Assembly: GCA_964614265.1 (NCBI GenBank)
Contig: CAZTKT010000002.1
Coordinates: 1-38,792 of the forward strand
Length of the DNA stretch: 38,792 nucleotides
Origin: an uncultured Candidatus Saccharibacteria bacterium
GTDB taxonomy: Bacteria; Patescibacteriota; Minisyncoccia; Phycocordibacterales; UBA918
Reading direction: 5' to 3'
The notes under the pieces were generated by a model that was not told the origin of the DNA, did not search any database, and saw only the letters and a program-made list of their open reading frames with translations. The position numbers were made by a program, and so were the translations under genes. Shown here in pieces: positions 17,994-25,086 of this stretch. Each line of letters opens with the position of its first letter. Position 1 is the stretch's first letter.

Positions 17994-18010
17994 TATACGT
18001 ATACACCACC

Positions 18011-19327
18011 ATGACACTTCGACCATTTCAAATAATCCTCCTCGGCGTTTTTGTTGCGCTTGCGGTCGGCGGGCTCATCTTTTTTTCCGTGTACCGTGGT
18101 TCCAATGACAAAGCAACCGCCTATGGGCCGAGGGTAGAGATCTGGGGCACGCTCGATGGGCAGGCAATGTTAGGAGTCATTCAGCGTATTGGAGAGAGCG
18201 ATCAAGGATTTCGTGTGGTGAGCTATGTGCAAAAAGATCCGCGTAGTTTTCATGATGAGCTGGCAAACGCCATCGCAGAAAATAGAGGACCTGATGCCAT
18301 ACTACTCTCAAATGATCTACTCGTGCCTGAACGAGCAAAGTTGTACCCCATACCATATGACACACGTTCACTACGAGATATCAAAGATACTTATGTAGAA
18401 GGCGCCGAAATTTTCTCACTCTCCTCGGGCACCTATGGCTTCCCCTTTGCCGTTGATCCTCTGGTGATGTATTGGAACCGCGATATCTTCAGCACCGTAG
18501 GTCTCGTGTCCCCGCCAACCACCTGGGAGACGGCGGTGTCCCAGACGGTTCCTACGATCGTGAAAATCAGTCAAACATCCCCCTTTGCTCTGATACAATC
18601 AGCCCTCGCCTTTGGTGAGTATGCGAATGTCTCCAATGCACGAGAAGTACTTCTGATGCTTCTTCTCCAAGCAGGGAGCCCACTTATTTCTGAAACTAGT
18701 GCAGGGGGATACATCACATCGATCAATCAGTCTGCCACGGACTCTGGGCGTGCGCCCGCAGAGGCCGCAATTGATTTTTATACTCAGTTTTCAAACCCCT
18801 CTCGCCCCGTCTATAGTTGGAATCGCTCAATTATAAATGACCGTGAAGCCTTTCTCGCAGGAGAACTTGCGCTCTATTTTGGGCGGGGAAGCGAGTTGTC
18901 GGCTCTACGCGCAGGAAATCCCAATCTCAACTTCGATGCCGCCGCTGTCCCGCAGGGAGGTGGCGCGAGCGTGAAGAAGGGGTACGGTACATTCTATGCA
19001 CTTTCGCCACTGCGTAGTAGCCCCAACTTCGCGGGGACATACCTTGTGCTCAATATCCTTGCGAATAGTGACAACGCCCATGCACTCGCCGACGCATGGG
19101 GACTGGTGCCAGTGCATCGGAACACACTTGCGGTTGGTGTGTCTGATCCGGTACGGCAGACGATGTATACGACCGCACTCTTTGTCCACGGGTTTCTCAA
19201 TCCGAACCCGGCAGTAACTGAGGGTATTATTAGGACGATGATCGAGGATGTGACGTCGGGGCGGATCAGTGCTAGCCAGTCAGCCCAAGATGCCGCCAAT
19301 CGATTTTCCCAAGCATTACAAATATGA
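18011..19327 (+). CDS. Extracellular solute-binding-protein-like protein with an N-terminal membrane anchor
   Basis: N-terminal TM helix. SBP family-1-like stretches follow (IEIWGTLDG..., GPDAILLSND, GTYGFPFAVDPLVMYWNRDIF...PPTTWE). Confidence 0.65.
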   Translation: MTLRPFQIILLGVFVALAVGGLIFFSVYRGSNDKATAYGPRVEIWGTLDGQAMLGVIQRIGESDQGFRVVSYVQKDPRSFHDELANAIAENRGPDAILLSNDLLVPERAKLYPIPYDTRSLRDIKDTYVEGAEIFSLSSGTYGFPFAVDPLVMYWNRDIFSTVGLVSPPTTWETAVSQTVPTIVKISQTSPFALIQSALAFGEYANVSNAREVLLMLLLQAGSPLISETSAGGYITSINQSATDSGRAPAEAAIDFYTQFSNPSRPVYSWNRSIINDREAFLAGELALYFGRGSELSALRAGNPNLNFDAAAVPQGGGASVKKGYGTFYALSPLRSSPNFAGTYLVLNILANSDNAHALADAWGLVPVHRNTLAVGVSDPVRQTMYTTALFVHGFLNPNPAVTEGIIRTMIEDVTSGRISASQSAQDAANRFSQALQI

Positions 19328-19334
19328 TCCCAAT

Positions 19335-19832
19335 ATGATACCAAACAAAAAATACCTCGTGACCCTCTTCGCGATGATACTTCTTTTCAGTGGCGCCTTT
19401 CTCTACACCAGTGCTGTCGTTTCAGCACAGATTCCTGCCCCCGGAGACAAACCACCAGCGCCACCTGTCGCTCCCCCAACTCAACCACCAGGTGGAACTA
19501 CTCAACCACCAGGTGGAGCTGTCGCTCCCCCAACTCAACCACCAGGTGGAACTACTCGTCCAGACGAAAGACTTTTCAACCCCCTCAAAGTCAATTCAAT
19601 CGGTGAACTCCTCAGCCTCATTCTCAATGTCGTGACGATATTTGCCGTCCCAATCGTTGTCTTTTTCCTCATCTATTCAGGTTTTCTCTACGTCACTGCC
19701 CAAGGCAAACCAGAAGCGATCCAAAAGGCAACCACTGCATTCACCTGGACCATTGTCGGCGGTCTCATTGTACTCGGCGCCAACACACTGCTCACCATTA
19801 TTCAAAAAACCGTCGAGTCCTTACATCAATGA
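19335..19832 (+). CDS. VirB2/TrbC-like (T4SS-type) pilin paralog 1 with a Pro-rich repeat linker
   Basis: Signal peptide ending VSAQ, then a PPTQPPGGTT repeat linker, then two hydrophobic helices separated by a short charged loop (TAQGKPEAIQK). The ATG at 19335 is 7 nt after the upstream stop. Confidence 0.7.
   Translation: MIPNKKYLVTLFAMILLFSGAFLYTSAVVSAQIPAPGDKPPAPPVAPPTQPPGGTTQPPGGAVAPPTQPPGGTTRPDERLFNPLKVNSIGELLSLILNVVTIFAVPIVVFFLIYSGFLYVTAQGKPEAIQKATTAFTWTIVGGLIVLGANTLLTIIQKTVESLHQ
19467..19556 (+). repeat. In-frame tandem DNA repeat (36-nt unit at 19467 and 19521, 54-nt period; 16-mer tcaaccaccaggtgga three times)
   Basis: Read directly from the sequence. It encodes VAPPTQPPGGTTQPPGGAVAPPTQPPGGTT. 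Confidence 0.9.
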
Positions 19833-20206
19833 CTATGTTCATATTCTCACTCTCTACGCTCCGCAAGGGCTTTGAAAAACGACACCGGCGACGAATTTCT
19901 GGACTCATGGTCTTTGTATGCGCCACATTTCTCCTCCCCAAATTTGTGCATGCACAGGCGGCCCCACAAGACTTCGCATCACTCGTTGGTAGTTTTCTTG
20001 GTATTATTGCCTTAATCATCCCAGTACTTTTCGGCCTATCTTTAATCGTCTTCATCTGGGGACTGATCAGTGGATGGATTCTCAATGTAGGAGATGAAAA
20101 AAGCATAGAAAATGGCAAAAAGACCGCGTTTGCTGGTATTATCGGTCTTGTCGTTATGGCCGGAGTCTGGGGCATCGTCGCCATCTTTAAAAGCTCCTTC
20201 TTTTGA
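19829..20206 (+). CDS. VirB2/TrbC-like pilin paralog 2
   Basis: ATGA overlap with paralog 1. Signal-like segment ending VHAQ, two hydrophobic helices, and a loop NVGDEKSIENGKK. FIWG and VWG motifs are shared with paralogs 3 and 4. Confidence 0.65.
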   Translation: MTMFIFSLSTLRKGFEKRHRRRISGLMVFVCATFLLPKFVHAQAAPQDFASLVGSFLGIIALIIPVLFGLSLIVFIWGLISGWILNVGDEKSIENGKKTAFAGIIGLVVMAGVWGIVAIFKSSFF

Positions 20207-20239
20207 TCTGTGGACATGATCCCTTATCCACAGCACTCG

Positions 20240-20268
20240 TTGGCATGTCGGTGTCAGTGAGCTATACT
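20240..20268 (+). promoter_or_regulatory. Sigma70-like promoter TTGGCA-17 nt-TATACT upstream of pilin paralogs 3-4
   Basis: Hexamers at 20240-20245 and 20263-20268, preceded by a 7-bp hairpin (ctgtgga...tccacag) after paralog 2. Confidence 0.5.
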
Positions 20269-20301
20269 GAAGCCACGAGACATTAATCATTAATCGTATC
20301 T

Positions 20302-20673
20302 ATGAAAAAAGTTCTATCAATAACTAGTGTCGCAGGGGTGTTGTATGTACTCCCACTAGTGGCCTCCGCCGAGTTTTTTGGTGGGAAAATCAAAGAATTC
20401 GTGGTCGACTTTATTGCATTTATCAATGGGACAGCAGCCCCTCTTATAATCGCTCTCGCTTTTCTGTTTTTCATCTGGGGGGTCTTTCGCTACTTCATTT
20501 TTGGTGGTGCTGATGAAGAATCTCGAGAAAAGGGTAAAAGTGCGATGATCTGGGGGATTGTTGGATTTGTACTCATTGTATCTCTCTGGGGATTGATCAA
20601 TGTTATCGCAAGTGGTCTTGGGTTTAAAGACACGACGCTTGAGAACATTCCGAAAGTGGGGGGTACGCGTTAA
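20302..20673 (+). CDS. VirB2/TrbC-like pilin paralog 3
   Basis: Signal peptide ending VASA, helix ...FLFFIWGVFRYF, loop GGADEESREKGKS, helix MIWGIVGFVLIVSLWGLI. Confidence 0.7.
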   Translation: MKKVLSITSVAGVLYVLPLVASAEFFGGKIKEFVVDFIAFINGTAAPLIIALAFLFFIWGVFRYFIFGGADEESREKGKSAMIWGIVGFVLIVSLWGLINVIASGLGFKDTTLENIPKVGGTR

Positions 20674-20685
20674 TGTGACTACCAC

Positions 20686-20973
20686 ATGAATGTCGCATAT
20701 GCGGTAACCGCAGAAGAGATTGCAGGACCGTTTCTCAGAAGTTTCGAAAAAGCAATCCTCTTTCCGTTGATATCTCTACTGATGGGCATAGCACTCCTCA
20801 TGTTTCTTTGGGGAGTGTTTCGCTATATCAGCAACGCAGAGGGAGACGAGGCGCGTGAGACAGGGAAGCGACACATGCTCTTTGGTATTATTGGTCTCAT
20901 CATCATGACCTCTGCAGTCGCCATCCTAACCATCGCAACCAACACCTTTGGTGTCCCACCCCCGACTCCATAA
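20686..20973 (+). CDS. VirB2/TrbC-like pilin paralog 4 (no signal peptide)
   Basis: It has the same two-helix core (LLMFLWGVFRYIS, loop NAEGDEARETGKR, helix MLFGIIGLIIMT). Only 6 residues (MNVAYA) sit where a signal peptide would be, and an in-frame stop at 20671-20673 prevents upstream extension. Confidence 0.65.
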   Translation: MNVAYAVTAEEIAGPFLRSFEKAILFPLISLLMGIALLMFLWGVFRYISNAEGDEARETGKRHMLFGIIGLIIMTSAVAILTIATNTFGVPPPTP

Positions 20974-21039
20974 CCACATAAAAACTTATCGAGAGTAGAG
21001 TACACCACAACTTGTGGATAAAAATAGATGAAAATAGAT

Positions 21040-21071
21040 AAGGCCGTTTCTCTCGAAAGAGAAACGGCCTT
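21040..21071. terminator. Strong hairpin between convergent genes (14-bp stem, 4-nt loop)
   Basis: aaggccgtttctct-cgaa-agagaaacggcctt, between the pilin-4 stop and the stop of the 21077..22252 gene. Confidence 0.7.
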
Positions 21072-21076
21072 AGTGA

Positions 21077-22252
21077 TCAACGCACCCTCGTCCACTGGAT
21101 GTGGGCGAGGAACGACCTCTCGTCTTTAGATCTGATTTTTAGTACCCCGTCCTTCGCATGAAGGACACCCCCGACGAGAGTGGCGTCAACATAATCAACC
21201 CTACCACTATCAACCACCGCCGGGCGGAGGTCCCACTTCCACCCGTTCGCGTACTGGGCGAAGGTGATGGGTGGTTGAGAGCGTGGGGGCAGAGTAATCT
21301 GTTCCCACGGGGTTTGATACCCCACCGCAGGCGCTACGGCCGCCGGTCGAGGTTGAAGCCCCTCTTTTGGTTTTGGCGTCTCTGTACCCACCCACTGACC
21401 GAACAGCAGAACGGAAAGAACAATCATTGCTCCGCCAAAAGCCTTGACGAACCCTTTCTTAGCAAACAGCAACCCAATACCGCCAAGGAACAGTCCGGCG
21501 ATAAGCCACCACCAGACGAGTCCTCCGGTGGGGAAGAACTTGCTGAGCGAGAATCCAGAATTTACTCCCCACGCCCAGTCCCCGACGATGAGTTGGTATC
21601 CCGTCATGATGATGGCGATACCAAGCAATGCTCCGCCACCAGCCTTCATGGACTTGTTCCCGACACTCATGAAGATGATCGAGCCCAATATCATGCTCGC
21701 GTAGAGGACCCATTGCCAGGGTCTCGTCTTCGGGAGTGAGACAGGGACCCGCAGTGGTCCAAGACACTTTTCTTGAGCTCTTGCGATCTCATTGAGGACC
21801 ACGAGAGCTGGGTTTTCCCCAGCTATGAGCGTTGTCCCCGACGGGATGAGTTTCTTAAGTGCCGCTGGGTCATCTTTCGCTCCCCTGTATTTTTGTAGGG
21901 AATCTGCCATTTCTTGATCACAGATCTTTTTCTTTTGGGTGTCTGTGAAGGCTGTTGGGTTACTCGTCTGGATCCCTACAAACAACTTTATTCCATCGCG
22001 CACATCATCTGGCATCGTAAACCAGATGATGGGTGCAACGGCGCAGAGTCCTAACAATACGAGCCCTCTCGTGGCCCATTGTCGAACGCTTGGGTTCTCA
22101 AAATATTTTCCGGCGATGAGCCATAGCCCAACATATGCTGTGATAACGATGGCTGTGCCGAACGTCCCGAGGCCTGTATTGACCAAGATGATCGATATAC
22201 AGGCCAGAACTGAAAATATAACCACCACACCACCCCAAAAACCTTGAGTCAT
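21077..22252 (-). CDS. Polytopic membrane protein, unknown function (391 aa)
   Basis: By eye: several N-terminal hydrophobic helices, a ~95-aa soluble loop, a second cluster of helices, a Pro-rich linker and a ~70-aa C-terminal domain. Confidence 0.7.
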   Translation of the reverse strand: MTQGFWGGVVVIFSVLACISIILVNTGLGTFGTAIVITAYVGLWLIAGKYFENPSVRQWATRGLVLLGLCAVAPIIWFTMPDDVRDGIKLFVGIQTSNPTAFTDTQKKKICDQEMADSLQKYRGAKDDPAALKKLIPSGTTLIAGENPALVVLNEIARAQEKCLGPLRVPVSLPKTRPWQWVLYASMILGSIIFMSVGNKSMKAGGGALLGIAIIMTGYQLIVGDWAWGVNSGFSLSKFFPTGGLVWWWLIAGLFLGGIGLLFAKKGFVKAFGGAMIVLSVLLFGQWVGTETPKPKEGLQPRPAAVAPAVGYQTPWEQITLPPRSQPPITFAQYANGWKWDLRPAVVDSGRVDYVDATLVGGVLHAKDGVLKIRSKDERSFLAHIQWTRVR

Positions 22253-22277
22253 GTTCCCCCCTTTTTTTGCGTGTTCG

Positions 22278-23516
22278 CTAAGCTTTCTTAGAGAACTTTT
22301 TTAGCACGAACTCCATCCCGAGATCAGTCGCCATGATGCGAGCAATCTTCTGCCACTCAGATTCTCCTGATGGTCCAACTCGAGCCTTGGTGGCGTCAGT
22401 CACAGGGATGGCACCTGTGTCTATAGCCGTCCGTCCACCCCTGCCTCCCGCGAGGGTACTGACAGTGATACGAGCTTTATAGTAGGCCCATCTGATGTCA
22501 TCCAACCATGCCCATATCCAGATGAGCGGAAGCACAATAAAGATGGCCAACAGGAGAGCGATAAACCAGAACAACAGCCAAAACCTGTGTCTCTCTCTTG
22601 AAAGATCCTTCTCTGGGACGACGGGATTTATCTTTGTCATCTGTCGTTCTAACAAAATTTTCTCCTTCCCTAAAGGAGTCGCGTTGTGGTACTTTTCGTA
22701 CGCGTCATTGTACGAAAGAATTGGTGTAGAGACGAGAGACGACAGCCACCACACCACACAAAATCCGAGTGCGATGGTACAGAGGACGGCAACGATGTTT
22801 CCAACCCAACTTTGTTTGGGTCTCACTGGCCACGACTCTATCCACTTACTGTTGCCTCCAATGTCCACACGGAAAGAACAAAAGTCTTTGTGTGCAAGCG
22901 GATTTGGCGTGGTGCCTTTGGGTGGGTATTGGTATGTACCATCCGCATCAGTTCTCGTTGTCCAGCGGTTGTCGATCGTCTCATTATACACTTCTACAAG
23001 TATCCCTCCCCGTGCAGGCGTGATGGTCCCCACAATTATTGGTGACCCATCTACCCCAGCTTTATGTGCCGTAAAGGAACTGACAGCTGGACGAGGTTCA
23101 CTAATTTTTGTTGCTTTTGGATCAGTTACCTCCACTGTCTTGGTCTCTTGAAGACTGTAACCAGAGACAGACGCTTGTACTGAGTATGTTCCTGGGGTTA
23201 CATCCAGGAACCTTACATCGGCTCTTCCATTTTCCCCCAACTCCTCACTTCCAGAGACTCTATTGCCCTCGGACCCGATAGCGACAAAGTCTATCATCAG
23301 TGGTGTGGGGGTGATCGGCCACGCTTTCCCCGAGTCTTCATTTGTCACCACCACAGATATGTCTATGACAGATGTGTTGGTGGCAGTGACACTCAAGGAC
23401 AGTTCCGCCCCTACTCTGTCAATTCGTCCCTTAGCCATTTTCCTCCCCTTTGATCTGAGTTTGACTCGCCTCACAAGTGAGGCGAGAGGTTCGTCCGTAC
23501 CTATATTGATTGTCAA
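22278..23516 (-). CDS. Membrane protein with N-terminal beta-sandwich (Ig / carboxypeptidase-regulatory-like) repeats, unknown function (412 aa)
   Basis: Segments such as DVTPGTYSVQASVSGYSLQETKTVEVTD and TDADGTYQYPP look like small beta-sandwich domains. Two hydrophobic helices follow (IVAVLCTIALGFCVVWWL; FWLLFWFIALLLAIFIVLPLIWIWAWL). No signal peptide was seen. Confidence 0.65.
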   Translation of the reverse strand: MTINIGTDEPLASLVRRVKLRSKGRKMAKGRIDRVGAELSLSVTATNTSVIDISVVVTNEDSGKAWPITPTPLMIDFVAIGSEGNRVSGSEELGENGRADVRFLDVTPGTYSVQASVSGYSLQETKTVEVTDPKATKISEPRPAVSSFTAHKAGVDGSPIIVGTITPARGGILVEVYNETIDNRWTTRTDADGTYQYPPKGTTPNPLAHKDFCSFRVDIGGNSKWIESWPVRPKQSWVGNIVAVLCTIALGFCVVWWLSSLVSTPILSYNDAYEKYHNATPLGKEKILLERQMTKINPVVPEKDLSRERHRFWLLFWFIALLLAIFIVLPLIWIWAWLDDIRWAYYKARITVSTLAGGRGGRTAIDTGAIPVTDATKARVGPSGESEWQKIARIMATDLGMEFVLKKFSKKA

Positions 23517-23697
23517 AGTACAGACTTCCTGTTCATGGACTATGATACCATATATTACAAAAATGTCAATATGTACACTCGGTGAATCTTCTTATCAAAT
23601 AGAGCCCTCTATAGAGCCACCATTTTGGATATCTTGCGACTAATCGAGTCATTTGTACCACTGACTGTGGGCACCAATATGCACGTTCTGACCTTTG

Positions 23698-23778
23698 TGG
23701 GGATGAGAGGAGTTGAACCTCCACGCCTTTCGGCACCTGCTCCTAAGGCAGGCGTGTATACCATTTCACCACATCCCC
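23698..23778 (-). tRNA. tRNA-Leu (anticodon TAG)
   Basis: Hand-folded: acceptor GGGGATG/CATCCCC, anticodon stem CCTGC/GCAGG with loop CTTAGGA, long variable arm GCC-GAAA-GGC, T arm GGAGG-TTCAACT-CCTCT. No encoded CCA. Confidence 0.88.
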
Positions 23779-23859
23779 AATGTGCTTATTATACGGTATC
23801 TACTCTCTTTGGTCGAAAGTTTTGATACGCCCTTCACGGCGGTCCCTCCGCTTCGCTCC

Positions 23860-23879
23860 GTGTCCGCCTGGAAGGGCTC
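23860..23879 (-). repeat. Duplicate of the tRNA-Lys 3' end (17 nt) plus 3 flanking nt
   Basis: gtgtccgcctggaagggctc is identical at 23860-23879 and 24005-24024. The adjacent flanks (23829-23859 vs 23948-24004) are also recognisably similar. Confidence 0.9.
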
Positions 23880-24007
23880 TCTCCCTACGGGAGCAGTAAC
23901 CCGATTGGATTTTCTGTTCGCTTCGCTCCAAAAAATACACAATCGGGCTTCGAGCCCTTCACGAAAGCGTCCCACGCTTTCTCAGGCGTCCACTCACTCC
24001 GTTCGTG

Positions 24008-24080
24008 TCCGCCTGGAAGGGCTCGAACCTTCGACCTTGGGCTTAAGAGGCCCCTGCTCTACCAACTGAGCTACAGGCGG
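24008..24080 (-). tRNA. tRNA-Lys (anticodon CTT)
   Basis: Hand-folded: acceptor CCGCCTG/CAGGCGG (C1:G72), D arm GCTC-AGTTGGTA-GAGC, anticodon loop CTCTTAA, T arm GAAGG-TTCGAGC-CCTTC, discriminator A. Confidence 0.85.
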
Positions 24081-24177
24081 ATGTATCGTGTGCGCAGTGA
24101 TCACGCAAAGCGAAAATGCACAGTGTGAGTGTACTATGTAACAGAATCAAGAACAAGCGTCTTTTGTTTTGATTTAG

Positions 24178-24260
24178 TGCCGAGGGTGGGAATCGAACCC
24201 ACACGAGCTTACGCTCCGGGAATTTTAAGTCCCCTATGTCTACCGTTTCATCACCCCGGC
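24178..24260 (-). tRNA. tRNA-Leu (anticodon TAA)
   Basis: Hand-folded: acceptor GCCGGGG/CCTCGGC, anticodon stem GGGGA/TTCCC with loop CTTAAAA, long variable arm GAGC-GTAA-GCTC, T arm GTGGG-TTCGATT-CCCAC. Confidence 0.88.
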
Positions 24261-24355
24261 ATTGGCTCATAATAGCAAAATAGCGAGGGGAGGGGAATTG
24301 GACGTGAATCGCTTTTTCGATTCCCGACCAGATCTCTACATTCACTTCGCTCTTA

Positions 24356-24370
24356 TGAGGCCTGGGCGGG
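24356..24370 (-). repeat. Duplicate of the tRNA-Cys 3' end (13 nt) plus 2 flanking nt
   Basis: tgaggcctgggcggg is identical at 24356-24370 and 24485-24499. Confidence 0.8.
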
Positions 24371-24486
24371 TGAGAAGCGAATACTTGGAGCTTCGCAAGA
24401 GGTTGTCGAGACTTTCGACTGAAAGGAGAAAGTATCATACAACCTGAACAGCTTCTGTAAGAAGTCGACCCCGATATTTCGCGTTG

Positions 24487-24558
24487 AGGCCTGGGCGGGA
24501 ATCGAACCCGCGCATCGAAGTTTTGCAAACTCCTGTGTTTCCACTTCACCACCAGGCC
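24487..24558 (-). tRNA. tRNA-Cys (anticodon GCA)
   Basis: Hand-folded: acceptor GGCCTGG/CCAGGCC, anticodon stem GGAGT/ACTTC with loop TTGCAAA, T arm GCGGG-TTCGATT-CCCGC, discriminator U. Confidence 0.88.
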
Positions 24559-24718
24559 ATACTACCCCATGATACTACACGAAAGTGATGCGGTGATCCA
24601 TACGTTGGTCGATATGGTGCGTATTCCGTAGGACTAGGACAATTTTGAAAAAGGGCGATGGTGGGGGGTTGCTTCCCAAAATGAGTTTTGTGGAGAGTGT
24701 GACAGGGTGTGGACAGAC

Positions 24719-25084
24719 CTACTCTACAGCTGTTGTATCTTTCTCCAGCTTCTTGCTTTGGGTGAATGCAATCTCATCAAGGAGTTGGCGGTTCGCTTCG
24801 CCGTAGTCGATGGCAAATTCGAAAAAGGGGATATCTTTGAGATGCGCCTGCGTTTTTACAAACCCACGAAATGCTCCTGCTTTTCGTTTGAGAAAGTTCA
24901 GTGCCTGTTCCTCTTGTTCTTTTGGGAACACTGAAACGAGCACGGTCACGGTATGAAAATCGGAAGACATCTCTACTCCCGTGACGGTGATGAGCGGCGA
25001 CGTATTTGCTTCGTCACGGATAAACGTCGCCGCAAGTGTTTGCATGAGGGAGGAGAGGCGGTCGGTTCGTTTGTAGGTGCTCAT
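24719..25084 (-). CDS. rbfA: Ribosome-binding factor A
   Basis: RTDRLSSLMQTLAATFIRDE...ITVTGVEMSSDFHTVTVLVSV pattern. It lies immediately downstream of infB. Confidence 0.85.
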   Translation of the reverse strand: MSTYKRTDRLSSLMQTLAATFIRDEANTSPLITVTGVEMSSDFHTVTVLVSVFPKEQEEQALNFLKRKAGAFRGFVKTQAHLKDIPFFEFAIDYGEANRQLLDEIAFTQSKKLEKDTTAVE

Positions 25085-25086
25085 AG

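Noticed and set aside
19467-19556. Possible CRISPR-like or non-coding repeat array
   Set aside because: The repeats are in frame within a pilin-like ORF and encode a Pro-rich linker. There is no spacer-repeat architecture. No CRISPR array was seen anywhere in the window.
22495-23151. 218-aa plus-strand ORF
   Set aside because: It is antisense to the longer 412-aa minus-strand ORF, which has coherent domain and TM structure.
23625-24552. ORFs of 61-169 aa on both strands across 23.6-24.6 kb
   Set aside because: They run through four hand-folded tRNA genes and their spacers, so they are spurious.
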